NCBI RefSeq assembly: GCF_988243305.1 | Contig: NZ_OZ547136.1 | DNA length: 64,000 nt | Direction: 5' to 3' (one strand) | Part shown: positions 10,901 to 25,900 of the stretch, piece by piece | How the letters are laid out: each line of letters begins with the position of its first letter | How positions within the stretch are numbered: the stretch's first letter is position 1 | Notes under the pieces: model-generated | What the model saw: only the letters and a program-made list of their open reading frames with translations | What the model was told of the DNA's origin: nothing | The model's database searches: none | Translations under genes and position numbers: made by a program

Positions 10901-13900
10901 CAACCGACGATATTATTAACGCCGCCGAAGCAGGCGTCGCGCAAACCATCAGCGGGCAGGTTACTGGCGCGGAAGATGGCGACACGGTAACTATTACGTT
11001 GGGCGGTAATACTTATACGGCGACGGTGGGCAGCAATTTCACCTGGAGCGTGAGCGTTCCGGCGGCAGATATTCAGGCGCTGGGCAATGGCGATTTAACG
11101 GTGAGCGCCTCGGTCACCAATCAAAACGGCAACACCGGCAGCGGCACGCGGGATATCACCATCGACGCCAATCTACCCGGTCTGCGGGTCGATACGGTGG
11201 CGGGCGATGATGTGGTCAATATCATCGAGCATGGGCAGGCGCTGGTGATTACCGGCAGCAGCTCGGGGCTGGCTGAAGGCACGCCGCTTACCGTCACGAT
11301 TAATAATGTGGAATACATCACTGCGGTGCAGGCCGATGGTAGCTGGAGCGTGGGCGTCACGGCGGCGCAGGTTAGCGCCTGGCCTGCGGGGACGGTTAAT
11401 ATTGCCGTATCCGGGGAAAGTAGCGCCGAAAATCCGGTGAGCATTACGCATCCGGTTATGGTCGATCTCACTCCGGCGGCGATCACCATCAACACTATCG
11501 CCACGGACGACGTGATTAACGCCGCAGAAAAAGGCGCTGATTTAACCCTTTCCGGCACCACCACTAACGTAGAACCCGGTCAAACCGTCACTGTCACCTT
11601 TGGCGGTAAAAATTACACCGCCAGCGTGGCGAGCGATGGTAGCTGGACTGCCACCGTTCCCGCTGCCGATTTAGCGTTATTAACCGATGGCAGCGCCTCC
11701 ACGCAGGCCAGCGTCAGCAATATTAATGGCAATAGCGCCTCGGCGGTGCATAACTACAGCGTCGATAGCAGTGCCCCGACCATCATTATCAATACCGTTG
11801 CCAGCGACAATATCGTCAACGCCAGCGAAGCCGATGCGGGTGTGACGGTGAGCGGCAGCACCACTGCCGAGGCAGGGCAGATTGTTACGATAACGCTCAA
11901 TAGCCCGACCGTGCAGACGTATCAGGCAACGGTACAGGCCGACGGTAGCTGGAGTATTAATATTCCGGCGGCAGATCTTGAGGCATTGACCGATGGCAGC
12001 CACACCCTGACCGCCACGGTCAATGACAAAGCGGGCAACCCGGCGAGCACCACGCATAATCTGGCGGTGGATCTCACCGTTCCGGTACTTACCATCAACA
12101 CCATTGCGGGCGACGATATTATTAACGCCGCCGAACACGGGCAGGCGCTGGTGATTTCCGGTTCCAGCACTGGCGGAGAAGCGGGGGATGTCGTCACCGT
12201 CACGCTAAACAGTAAAACCTACACCACGACGCTGGATGCCTCCGGCAACTGGAGCGTCGGCGTTCCGGCGGCGGATGTCACGGCGCTGGGTAGCGGCCCG
12301 CAAACCGTGATGGCGACCGTTACCGATGCGGCAGGTAATAGCGACAGCGAAACGCACACGGTCACCGTTAACCTTACCGCGCCAACCATTGGCATTAACA
12401 CCATCGCTACCGATGACATAATTAACGCCACCGAAAAAGGCGCGGATCTGCAAATTTCCGGCACCAGCAATCAGCCAGCGGGCACCACAATTACGGTTAC
12501 GCTGAACGGGCAAAATTACACCGCCACGACCGATGCTTCCGGCAACTGGAGCACCACAGTGCCAGCTTCCTCTGTCGGTGCGCTGGGCGAAGCCAGCTAC
12601 ACGGTGACGGCGAACGTCACCGATAGCGCAGGCAACAGCAATTCCGCCAGCCATAACGTGCAGGTCAATACCGCGCTGCCTGGCGTCACCATTAATCCGG
12701 TGGCGAGCGACGATATTATTAACGCCGTCGAATCGGGCGTGGCGCAGACCATCAGCGGGCAGGTGACGGGTGCGGCGGCGGGCGATACGGTTACCGTAAC
12801 GCTTGGCGGGAAAACCTACACTGCTACCGTGCAGGGGAATTTAAGCTGGAGCGTGGACGTTCCGGCGGCGGATATTCAGGCCATCGGCAATGGCGACCTG
12901 ACAGTTAATGCCTCGGTGACCAACGGCGTTGGCAATACCGGCAGCGGTTCGCGAGATATTACTATCGACGCTAATTTGCCTGGCCTGCGCGTCGATACCG
13001 TGGCGGGCGATGATGTGGTTAACAGCATCGAGCACGGTCAGGCACTGGTGATAACCGGTAGCAGCAGCGGGCTGGCGGCGGGCGCGGCGCTGACAGTGGT
13101 GATTAACACGGTCACTTACGCTGCGACAGTATTAGCCGATGGCACATGGAGCGTTGGTGTTCCTGCGGCAGATGTCAGTAACTGGCCTGCGGGGACGGTG
13201 AATATCACGGTTTCAGGTGCCACTAGCGCAGGAAACCCGGTCACTATCATCCATCCGGTCACCGTCGATCTGGCGGCGGTGGCGATCTCCATTAACACCG
13301 TTTCCGGCGACGATGTGATTAACGCCGCCGAAAAAGGGGCCGATTTAACCCTTTCCGGCAGCACCTCCGGCGTGGAGCTGGGGCAAACGGTCACCGTTAC
13401 CTTTGGCGGCAAAACCTACACCGCCACCGTAGCGGGCGATGGCAGCTGGACAACCAGTGTACCTGCTGCCGATCTCGCCGCATTACGCGACGGCGACGCC
13501 ACGGTACAGGCCAGCGTCAGTAACGTTAACGGCAATACGGCTTCGGCAACCCACGCCTACAGCGTCGATGCCACGGCCCCGACGCTTGCTATTAACACCA
13601 TCGCCACCGACGATATTCTTAACGCCACCGAGGCGGGCAATCCGCTAACCATCAGCGGCAGCAGTAGCGCCGAAGCGGGGCAGACGGTAACCGTCACGCT
13701 TAATGGCGTGACTTACACCGGCACCGTCCAGGCGGATGGCAGCTGGAGCGTCAGTGTGCCGACGGCAGATCTTAGCAATCTGACCGCCAGCCAGTACACC
13801 GTTAGCGCCTCGGTAAGCGATAAAGCGGGTAACCCTGCGACCGCCACTCACGGGCTGGCGGTGGATCTCACCGTGCCGGTGCTGACCATCAACACCGTCT

Positions 13901-16900
13901 CCGGCGATGACATTATTAACGCCGCCGAACACGGACAGGCGCTGGTGATCTCCGGTTCCAGCACTGGCGGCGAAGCGGGTGATGTCATCACCGTCACGCT
14001 AAACAGTAAAACCTACACCACCACGCTGGATGCTTCCGGCAACTGGAGCGTCGGCGTTCCGCTGTCAGATGTCACTGCGCTGGGCAGCGGCCCGCAAACC
14101 ATCACAGCTACCATTACCGACGCGGCAGGCAACAGCGATGATGCCAGCCGCACGGTCACCGTGAATCTGACCGCGCCAACCATTGGCATCAACACTATCG
14201 CCAGCGATGACGTGATTAACGCCACGGAAAAAGGCGCGGATCTGCAAATTACCGGTACCAGTAATCAACCCGCAGGCACCACCATTACGGTGACGCTGAA
14301 CGGGCAAAATTACACCGCCACCACAGATGCTTCCGGCAACTGGAGTGCCACGGTGCCAGCCTCCGCTGTCGGTGCGCTGGGCGAAGCCAGTTACACGGTG
14401 ACGGCGAACGTCACCGATAGCGCAGGCAACAGCAATTCCGCCAGCCATAACGTGCTGGTCAACAGCGCGCTGCCTGCCGTCACCATTAACGCGGTGGCGA
14501 CCGACGATATTATTAACGATGCCGAGTCGGGAAATGCCCAGACCATCAGCGGGCAGGTGACGGGGGCCGCGGCGGGAGATACCGTTACCATCACGCTGGG
14601 CGGCAACACCTACACCGCCACGGTGCAGGCCAATTTAAGCTGGAGCGTTAGCGTGCCGGCGGCGGATATTCAGGCGCTGGGCAACGGCGACCTGACGGTT
14701 AATGCCTCGGTCACCAACGGCGTGGGCAATACCGGCAACGGCTCGCGCGATATCACGATCGACGCCAATCTGCCTGGCCTGCGGGTCGATACCGTGGCGG
14801 GCGATGATGTTATTAACAGCATTGAGCACAATCAGGCGCTGGTGATCACCGGCAGCAGCAGCGGATTAACGGCGGGAACGGCGTTAACGGTCGAGATTAA
14901 CAACGTTACTTATGGCGCGACGGTATTAGCCGACGGCACGTGGAGCCTCGGTATTCCGGCGGCAGACGTCAGCAACTGGCCTGCGGGTACGGTGGATATT
15001 ACGGTAAGCGGCACCAACAGCGCCGGAACAACCTCTACCATTACCCATCCGGTTACCGTCGATCTGGCGGCGGTTGCCATCACCATTAACACCCTTTCCG
15101 GCGATGATGTGATCAACGCCGTGGAGAAAGGCGAAACGCTGGTCGTAAGCGGCAGCACCAGCGGTGTGGAAGCTGGGCAGACGGTGACCGTCACCTTTGG
15201 CGGTAAAAATTACACCACCACTGTGGAAGCCAACGGCAGCTGGACGGTGAATGTGCCGCCTGCCGATCTCGCTGCGCTACCGGACGGCGCGGGCAACGTG
15301 CAGGCGAGCGTCAGCAATATTAACGGCAACAGCGCCCAGGCCGATCGCGCGTATAGCGTTGATGCCACCGCGCCGCTTATTACTATCAACACCATCGCCA
15401 GCGACGATACTCTTAACGTGAGCGAAGCGGGCGCGGGGATCACCATCAGCGGTACCACCACGGCGCAGGCCGGGCAGACGCTGACCGTCACGCTCAATAA
15501 CAACACGTACCAGACCACCGTTCAGGCGGATGGCACCTGGAGCGTGAATGTTCCGGCAGCGGATTTAAGCGGATTAACCGCCAGCAGTTACACCGTGACC
15601 GCCACGGTGAGCGACAAAGCGGGTAACTCGGCAAGCGCCGACCACGCGCTGGCGGTGGACGTTACCGCGCCGGATCTCACCATTAACACCGTCGCGGGCG
15701 ATGACATCATCAACGCCATCGAACATGGTCAGGCGCTGGTCGTCAGCGGCACCAGCACGGGCGCGGCGGCGGGCGATGTGGTAACCGTCACGCTGAACGG
15801 TAAAAACTACACCACCACGCTGGACGCCTCCGGTAACTGGACTGTGGGCATTCCGGCGGCGGATGTCACGGCGCTGGCGACCGGTAGCCAGACGATCACC
15901 GCCAGCCTGAGCGATCGCGCGGGCAACAGCGACAGCACTACCCATAATGTGACCGTTGATCTCAGCGGCCCGACGCTGACCATCAATACCGTCTCCGACG
16001 ATGACATTATTAACAGTACGGAGAAAACCCAGGATCTGACCATCAGCGGCGGCTCCAGCGGTCTGGCGACCGGCACCACGGTCACCGTGATGTTGAACGG
16101 CCTGGCGTACAGCGCCACCACCGATAGTTCCGGCAACTGGAGCGTTACCGTGCCTGCTTCGGCGGTCGGCGCACTGGGCGAGGCGGTATACCAGATTAGC
16201 GCCAGTGCCACCGACAGCGCGGGCAACAGCGGCAGTACCACCCATACGGTGAATGTCGAATCGCTCCTGCCTGGGGTGATCATTAATACCGTGGCGGGCG
16301 ATGACATTATCAATGCCGCTGAAATCGCTGTGGCGCAGACCATCAGCGGTCAGGTGACGGGAACGGCGGTTGCGGGGAATACAGTGATTGTCACCATTGG
16401 TGGCAATCAATATAGCGCCACCGTGCAGTCAGATTTAAGCTGGAGCGTCAGCGTACCTGCGAACGTTTTGCAGGCGCTGGGCAACGGTGAGCTGACCATC
16501 AGCGCCTCGGTGACTAATTCCGCAAATAATACCGGCACCACAACGCACGACATCGTGATAGACGCCAACCTGCCTGGTCTGCGGGTCGATACGGTGGCAG
16601 GCGATGATGTGGTCAATATTATCGAGCACGGTCAGGCGCTGGTGGTCACCGGTAGCAGCACCGGACTGGCGGCGGGGGCGGCGTTGACGGTGGTTATCAA
16701 TAGCGTCACCTACGGCGCAACGGTACTCGCCGATGGCAGCTGGAGCGTCGGCGTTCCGGCGGCAGATGTCACAAACTGGCCTGCGGGGACGGTCAATATT
16801 GCCGTCTCTGGCACGAATACCGCCGGAACCACAACCAGCATTACTCATCCGGTCACGGTCGATCTCGCAGCCGTGGCGATTACCATTAACACCCTTTCCA

Positions 16901-19900
16901 CTGACGATGTAATTAACGCAGCTGAAAAAGGCGCTGATTTGCAGATTTCCGGCACCACCTCCGGCGTGGAAGCGGGGCAGACCATCACCGTTATCTTCGG
17001 TGGCAAAAGCTACACCACCACGGTTGCCGCGGATAATAGCTGGGGGCTGACGATCCCAGCCGCCGATCTCGCAACCTTGCCAGACGGCGCAGCAAACGTC
17101 CAGGCCAGCGTCAGCAACGTCGCAGGTAACAGCGCCCAGGCAACGCATGCTTACAGCGTCGATGCCACCGCGCCTTCCGTTACCATCAACACCATCGCCA
17201 CGGACGATATTCTTAACGCCGACGAAGCGGGATCGGCGCTGACCATCAGCGGTACCAGCACGGCGGAAGCCGGGCAGACGGTGACCGTGACGCTTAACGG
17301 CGTCAATTACAGCGGTAACGTGCAGGCAGACGGAAGCTGGAGCGTCAGCGTCCCGACCGGCGATTTAGCTAACCTCACTGCCAGCCCCTATACGGTGAGC
17401 GCAGCGGTCAGCGACAAAGCCGGAAATCCGGCCTCGGCGACGCATAACCTGACGGTGGACCTTGCCGCTCCGGTTGTCACCATTAACACGGTGGCGGGCG
17501 ATGACATCATTAACGCCACAGAACACGGACAGGCGCATATTATCAGCGGCTCGGCAACGGGCGCGACGACGGGTAACACGGTTTCCGTGACGATTGGCAC
17601 GACCACTTACACCACCGTGCTGGACGCCAACGGCAACTGGAGCATCGGCGTGCCTGCCAGCGTCATTTCCGCGCTGGCGCAGGGCGATGTGACCATTACC
17701 GCCACGGTCACCGACTCCGCAGGCAACAGCGGCACGGCCTCGCACACTGTCACCGTGGCGCTCGGCGCGCCGATACTCGGCATTAACACCATTGCCGTCG
17801 ACGACATCATTAATGCCACGGAGAAAAGCGCGGATCTGGCGATTTCCGGCAGCAGTAACCAGCCTGCGGGTACGCAGATAACCGTTACGCTCAACGGGCA
17901 AAATTACACCACCACTGCCGATGCATCCGGTAACTGGAGCGTGACCGTTCCGGCGTCACGGGTGAGCGCCCTCGGTGAAGCCACTTACACGGTGACCGCC
18001 GCCGCTACTGACTCTGATGGCAACAGCGGTTCCGCCAGCCATAACGTGCAGGTTAATACCGCGCTGCCGGGCGTCACCATTAACGTTGTCGCGAGCGACG
18101 ATATTATTAACGCTGCCGAAGCGGGCGCGGGCCAGAGCATCAGCGGGCAGGTGACGGGCGCGGCAGCGGGCGACACGGTAACCGTCACGCTCGGCGGGGC
18201 GACGTACACTGCCACGGTGCAGGCGAATTTAAGCTGGAGTATTAATGTTCCGGCCTCCGCGCTACAGGCGTTGGGCAACGGTGAGCTGACCATTTCGGCT
18301 TCGGTAACGAACAGCGTAGGTAATACCGGTAACGGCACGCGTGAAATCACCATCGACGCGAATCTGCCCGGTCTGCGGGTCGATACTGTCTCTGGCGATG
18401 ATGTGGTCAATATTATCGAGCACGGACAGGCGCTGGTGATTACCGGCAGCAGTTCCGGTCTGGCGACGGGCAGTAACGTCACGCTGACCATTAACGGGCA
18501 AACCTATGTTGCGGCGGTACTGGCGGATGGCTCATGGAGCGTCGGCGTTCCGGCGGCAGATGTCAGCGCCTGGCCTGCGGGGACGGTCACGATTACGGCG
18601 AGCGGTAGCACCACCGCCGGAAATCCGGTCAGCGTTACGCATCCGGTGACTGTCGATCTCACTGCGGTGGCGGTCAGCATCAACGCCATTACTGCCGATG
18701 ACGTGATTAACGCTGCCGAAAAAGGCGCGGCGTTAACGCTCTCTGGCAGCACTTCTGGTGTGGAGGCCGGGCAAACGGTCACCGTGACCTTTGGCGGCAA
18801 AACTTACACTGCAAGCGTCGCGGCTAACGGTTCCTGGAGTACCACGGTTCCGGCGGCAGATATGGCAGCCCTGCGTGATGGCGATGCCAGCGCACAGGCC
18901 AGCGTCAGCAATGTTAACGGCAACAACGCCACTACTACCCACGCTTACAGCGTCGATACCAGCGCGCCAACGGTGGCCATTAACACTATTGCAGGCGACG
19001 ATATTCTTAACGCCGCCGAAGCGGGTGCTGCGCTGACTATCACTGGCAGCAGCACGGCGGAAGCGGGGCAGACGGTGACCGTCACCCTCAATGGCGAAAA
19101 CTATACTGGCACGGTTCAAACGGACGGTAGCTGGAGCGTCAGCGTACCGCCAGCCGACGTAAGCGCCCTGACCGCCAGCAACTACACCGTTAGCGCGGCG
19201 GTGAGCGACAAAGCCGGAAACCCGGCCTCTGTTAACCACAACCTGACGGTGGATACTTCCGTTCCGGTTGTCACCATCAACACGGTGGCAGGCGATGATG
19301 TGATCAACGCGACGGAACACGCCCAGGCGCAGATCATCAGCGGCTCCGCCACGGGTGCGGCAACCGGTAGCACCGTGACGGTGACTATCGGCACAAATAC
19401 CTTTGCCACCGTGCTGGATGCCAGCGGTAACTGGAGCGTCGGCGTTCCGGCAAGCGTCGTCTCGGCGCTGGCGAACGGCACGGTGACCATTAACGCCAGC
19501 GTCACCGATGCCGGAGGAAACAGCGGCAGCGCCACCCATCAGGTGACGGTCAATACTGGCCTGCCGTCAATTACCTTTAACGCCATCAGCGGCGATAACG
19601 TCCTGAACGCCGATGAAAAAGGCCAGCCATTGACCATCAGCGGCGGCAGTACGGGGCTGGCGACGGGCGCGCAGGTCACCGTCACGCTCAACGGTCATAA
19701 CTACAGCGCCACCACCGACGCGGCGGGCAACTGGACCTTAACCGTGCCGGTGAGCGATCTGGCGGCTCTAGGCCAGGCCAACTATACCGTCAGCGCCAGT
19801 GCCACCAGTGCGGCGGGTAACACCGCCAGCAGCCAGGCGAATTTACTGGTCGATAGCGGCCTGCCGGGCGTTACCATCAACACCGTGGCGGGCGACGATA

Positions 19901-22900
19901 TTATCAACGCCGCCGAAGCGGGTGCGGGCCAGACCATCAGTGGGCAGGTGACGGGCGCGGCGGCAGGCGATACGGTCACCGTGACGCTGGGCGGCAACAC
20001 TTACACCACCACGGTACAGAGCAACTTAAGCTGGAGCGTCACCGTTCCGCCAGCCGATCTCCAGGCGTTGGGCAATGGCGATTTGACCATTACCGCCTCG
20101 GTCACCAACGCGAATGGCAACACTGGCAGCGGCTCGCGGGATATCACCATTGATGCCAACCTGCCGGGTCTGCGCGTGGATACCGTGGCGGGCGATGATA
20201 TCGTCAACAGCATCGAACACGGGCAGGCGCTGGTGATCACCGGCGGCAGCAGTGGTCTGAATGCCGGTGTGCCATTGACGATCACGATTAACGGTACGGC
20301 TTATTCCGCCACGGTACAGGCGGACGGGAGCTGGAGCGTTGGCATTCCGGCGGCAAACGTCAGCGCCTGGCCTGCGGGGGAGTTAATCGTCGAAGCGACA
20401 GGACAGAGCAGCGCCGGAAATCCGGTCAGCGTCAGCCATCCGTTCACCGTCGATTTAACGGCGGTGGCGATCAGCATCAACACCGTTGCCAGCGACGACG
20501 TAATTAACGCCGCCGAGAAAGGCACTGGTCTGACCCTTTCCGGCAGCACCAGCGGAATTGAAAGCGGGCAAACCGTCACCGTCACTTTGGGCGGCAAAAC
20601 CTACACTGCAAGCGTCGCCGCCAACGGTAGCTGGAGTGTGAACGTTCCGGCGGGGGATTTAGCAACCCTGCCAGACGGCGCGGCGAACGTGCAGGCCAGC
20701 GTTAGCAGCGCGAGCGGTAACAGCGCCTCGGCGATCCATGCGTACAGCGTTGACGCCAGCGCGCCGACGCTCACCATTAACACCATTGCCAGCGACGATA
20801 TTCTTAACGCCACGGAGGCGGGAAGCCCGCTCACCATCAGCGGCACCAGCACCGCCGAAACCGGGCAGACGGTCACCGTCACCCTTAACGGCGCAACCTA
20901 CAGCGGTAATGTGCAGGCAGACGGTAGCTGGAGCGTCAGCGTTCCCCCTTCAGCCTTAGGCGCGCTGAGCGCAAGCAATTACACCGTCAGCGCCACGGTC
21001 AACGACAAAGCGGGCAACCCCGGCAGCGCCAGCCATAATCTGGCGGTAGACACCACCGCGCCGGTTCTCACCATTAACACTGTGGCGGGCGATGACATTA
21101 TCAACGATGCCGAACATGCGCAGGCGCTGGTGATCTCCGGCACCAGCACGGGCGGGGAAGCGGGCGATGTGGTGAGCGTTGTGCTCAACGGCAAAACCTA
21201 CACCACCACCCTGGATGCCTCCGGCAACTGGAGCGTTGGCGTTCCAGCGGCGGATGTTGCGGCACTCGGTAGCGGTGCGCAGACCATCACCGCCAGCGTC
21301 AGCGATCGGGCAGGTAATAGCGACGACGCCAGCCGCACCGTGACCGTCAGCCTCAGCGCGCCAGTGATTAGCATCAACACCATCGCGGGCGATGATGTGA
21401 TCAACGCGACGGAAAAAGGATCGAATCTGGCGCTTTCCGGCACCAGCGATCAGCCTGCGGGTACGGCGATCACCGTGACGCTGAACGGACAAAACTACAG
21501 CGCCACCACCGACGCCTCCGGCAACTGGAGCGTTACCGTGCCTGCCTCTGCTGTCAGCGCGCTGGGCGAAGCCACCTACAGCGTGACGGCGAGCGTCAGC
21601 AATGCTCAGGGTAACAGCAGCACCGCCAGCCATAACGTGCAGGTCAATACCGCGCTACCGGGCGTCACCATTAATCCGGTAACGACGGACGATATTATTA
21701 ACGCCGCAGAAGCAGGCAGCGCGCAAACTATCAGCGGCCAGGTCACCGGGGCGGCGGCGGGCAGCACCGTCACCGTTGAACTGGGCGGTAAAACTTACAC
21801 CGCCACCGTCCAGGCTGATTTAAGTTGGAATGTGAGCGTACCTGCCGCCGACTGGCAGGCGCTGGGTAACGGTGAGTTAACCGTTAACGTCTCGGTAACC
21901 AACGCCGTTGGCAACACCGGTAGCGGCACGCGCGATATCACCATCGATGCCAGTCTACCCGGCCTGCGGGTGGATACCGTCGCGGGCGATGATGTGGTGA
22001 ATATTATCGAACACGCCCAGGCGCAGGTGATTACTGGCAGCAGTTCCGGTTTTGCCGCAGGTACGGCGTTGACGGTGGTGATTAATAACCAAACTTACGC
22101 CGCCACGGTGCTGGCAAACGGCAGCTGGAGCGTCGGCGTTCCGGCGGCGGATGTCAACAACTGGCCTGCGGGAACGCTGAACATTACCGTTAGCGGCGCG
22201 AACAGTGCCGGAACGCAAACCAGCATTACCCATCCGCTGACAGTTGATCTCAGCACTGTCGCCGTCAGCATAAACAGCATCACCAGCGATGATGTGATTA
22301 ACGCCGCCGAAAAAGGCGCGGCGCTAACGCTCTCCGGCAGCACGTCCGGCGTCGAAGCGGGGCAAACCGTTACCATTACTTTTGGCGGTAAAACCTACAC
22401 CACCACGGTGGCGGCAAACGGTAGCTGGAACACCACCGTTCCGGCGGCGGATATGGCGACGTTGCGTGATGGCGATGCCAGCGCCCAGGTGCGGGTGACT
22501 AACGTCAACGGCAACAGCGCCACGGCAACGCATGAATACAGCGTCGATAGCGCCGCGCCAACGGTCACCATCAACACCATTGCCAGCGATAACATCATCA
22601 ATGCCAGCGAAGCGGCGGCGGGCGTAACGGTGTCCGGCACCAGCACGGCGCAAACCGGGCAGACGCTCACCGTCACGCTTAATGGCACTAACTACCAGAC
22701 CACGGTGCAGGCAGACGGCAGCTGGAGCTTAACGCTGCCCGCCAGCGACTTAACCGCGCTTGCCAATAACGGCTACACTCTGACCGCCACGGTCAGCGAT
22801 CAGGCGGGTAACCCTGGCAGCGCCAGCAAAGGTGTGACCGTCGATACCACCGCGCCCGTCATCAGTTTCAACACCGTGGCGGGCGATGATGTGATTAACA

Positions 22901-25900
22901 ACGTCGAACACACTCAGGCGCAGATTATCAGTGGCACCGCCACGGGCGCGGTGGCGGGCGACCGCCTGGTGGTGACCATCGCCGGGCAGCAGTATGTCAC
23001 CAGCACCGATGCCAGCGGCAACTGGAGCGTTGGCGTGCCTGCCAGCGTGATTTCCGGCCTTGCAGACGGCACGGTGACCATCAGCGCCACCATTACCGAT
23101 AGCGCAGGCAACAGCAGCACCCAGACGCACAACGTACAGGTAAACACGGCGGCAGTGTCGCTCTCGGTCAGCACCATCAGCGGCGATAATATTATTAACG
23201 CCGCCGAAGCGGGCAGTGCGCTGACCCTGAGCGGCACCGGAACGAACTTTGCCGCAGGTACAGTGGTGACCGTGTTGCTTAACGGCAAAGGCTACAGCGC
23301 TACCATTCAGAACAACGGGAGCTGGAGTGTGAACGTGCCTGCGGCGGACGTTGCAGCACTCAGTGATGGCACCAGCTACACGGTTAGCGCCTCCGCGCAG
23401 GACAGCGCCGGAAACAGCGCCACGGCCTCACGCAGCGTGGCGGTGGATCTCACCGCGCCGGTTATCAGCATAAACACGGTTTCAACGGACGACCGACTCA
23501 ACGCCGCCGAACAGCAGCAGCCGTTAACCCTTAACGGCTCGACCAGCGCGGAAGTAGGGCAGACGGTAACCGTCACCTTTGGCGGCAAAACTTATACCGC
23601 CACGGTGGCCGCCAATGGCACCTGGGCGCTGAACGTGCCTGCGGCAGATCTGGCCGCGCTCGCGCAGGGCGCACAGACCATTACCGCCAGCGTGAACGAT
23701 CGCGCCGGTAACCCCGGTCAAACCACGCACGCCCTGACCGTCGATACCGTTGCGCCAACGGTCACCATCGCCACGGTGGCGGGTGACGATATTATCAACA
23801 ACGCCGAACAGCTCGCTGGGCAAACCATCAGCGGCACCACCACCGCTGAAGTGGGCCAGACGGTGACCGTCACCTTTAACGGTCAGAGCTGGACTGCAAC
23901 GGTCGGCAGCGGCGGAAGCTGGTCGGTGTTTATTCCGGCGCAGCAGTTTGCCGGATTAAGCGACGGCAGCTACACCATTAGCGCGACGGTTAGCGATCAG
24001 GCCGGAAACCCCGGCAGCGCCAGCCGTGGCGTGACGCTGAACGGCGATGTGCCCACCGTCACCATCAACACCTTTGCGGGCGATGATGTGGTGAACGCGG
24101 CGGAACACGGCACATCGCTGGTGATCAGCGGCACCACCACCGCGCCGGTCGGACAGACGCTGACCCTGACCTTAAACGGCAAAACCTACACCACCACGGT
24201 ACAGACCGGCGGTAGCTGGAGCTACACCCTCGGCAGCGCCGATGTCACTTCGCTGGCGGACGGCAATGCCTACGTGATTAACGCCTCGGTGAGCAACGCC
24301 ATTGGCAACACCGGCAGCAGCAATCACACCATTACTGTCGATCTCAGCGCCCCGGCGATGGGTATTAATATCGATTCCCTGCAAGCCGACACCGGGCTTA
24401 GCGCCAGCGACTTTATCACCAGCGTCAGCCCGGTGGTGGTCAACGGCTCGCTCACCGCCGCGCTTGCCAGTAACGAGACGGCACAAATCAGTATCGACGG
24501 CGGCGTAACCTGGACCACGCTCACCGTTACCGGCACGACCTGGCGCTATAACGACAGCCGCACGCTGACCGATGGCAACTATCTCTATCAGGTGCGGGTG
24601 ATTGACGCTGCGGGCAACGTCGGTGCCACCGACAGCCAGAATGTGGTGATCGACACCATCGCGCCAGATCCCGCGGTGAAAACCATCGCCATCAGCGCGA
24701 TCACTACCGATACGGGCCTGATCACTAACGATTTTGTCACCAGCGACACGACGCTTGCGGTAAGCGGCACGCTGGGCGCGGCGCTTTCTGCCGGTGAGTT
24801 CGCGCAAATCAGCATTGATGGCGGCACCACCTGGCAGAATCTTTCGGTAAGCGGTTTGACCTGGACCTGGCTTGACGGGCGGACGCTGACCGATGGCAAC
24901 TACAACTATCAGGTGCGGGTTATCGACACCGCCGGAAATATCGGCGCGACCGCCAGCCAGATAGTCACTGTGGACACCACCGCGCCGCTGGCGAGCAAAA
25001 CCATCGCCATTGCTGGCATCAGCGATGACACCGGGTTAAGTAGCAGCGATTTTGTTACTCGCGACACCACGCTGACCGTGCGCGGCACGCTCGGCGCGGC
25101 GCTTGCCGCCGATGAACGGGCGCAAATCAGCCTCGACGGCGGTGTCACCTGGACCACGTTAACCGTTATCGGCACCAGCTGGAGCTATGCCGATGGTCGC
25201 ACACTGACCGACGGCACCTGGAACTACACGGTGCGGGTGGTGGATCTGGCGGGGAACGTTGGGCAGACCGCAACGCAAAATGTGGTGGTCGACACCACCA
25301 GCCCGGAAGCGGCGAAAAGTATCACCATTACCGGTATCAGCGATGACACCGGAGCCAGCAGCAGCGATTTTATTACCAGCGACACCTCGCTTACCGTGCG
25401 CGGCGTATTGGGGGCGGCGCTCGGCGCTAACGAGTTCGCGCAAATCAGTACCGACAACGGCGCAACCTGGGTGAACGTGACCGTCGCCGCAGACGGCCTT
25501 AACTGGAGTTACGTTGACGGACGCACGCTCACCAACGGCACCACCACCTGGCAGGTGCGGGTGGTCGATCTGGCGGGCAACGTTGGCGCAACCGGCAGCC
25601 AGTCGGCGCAGATTGACACCGTGAACCCGGCGCAGGTGCTCACCATCGCCAGCATCAGCACCGACACGGGGAGTTCGGCAACTGACTTTATCACCAGCGA
25701 TACCTCGCTCACGCTGACCGGTTCGCTGGGGGCGGGGCTTGCCAGCGGCGAAGTGGCGCAGATTAGCCTCGACGGCGGCGCGACCTGGATCACGCTCACC
25801 ACCAACGGCACGCAGTGGACCTACACCGACGGCCGCACGCTGACCGACGGCAGCTACGTTTATCAGGTGCGGGTGCTGGATCTGGCGGGAAATACCGGTC

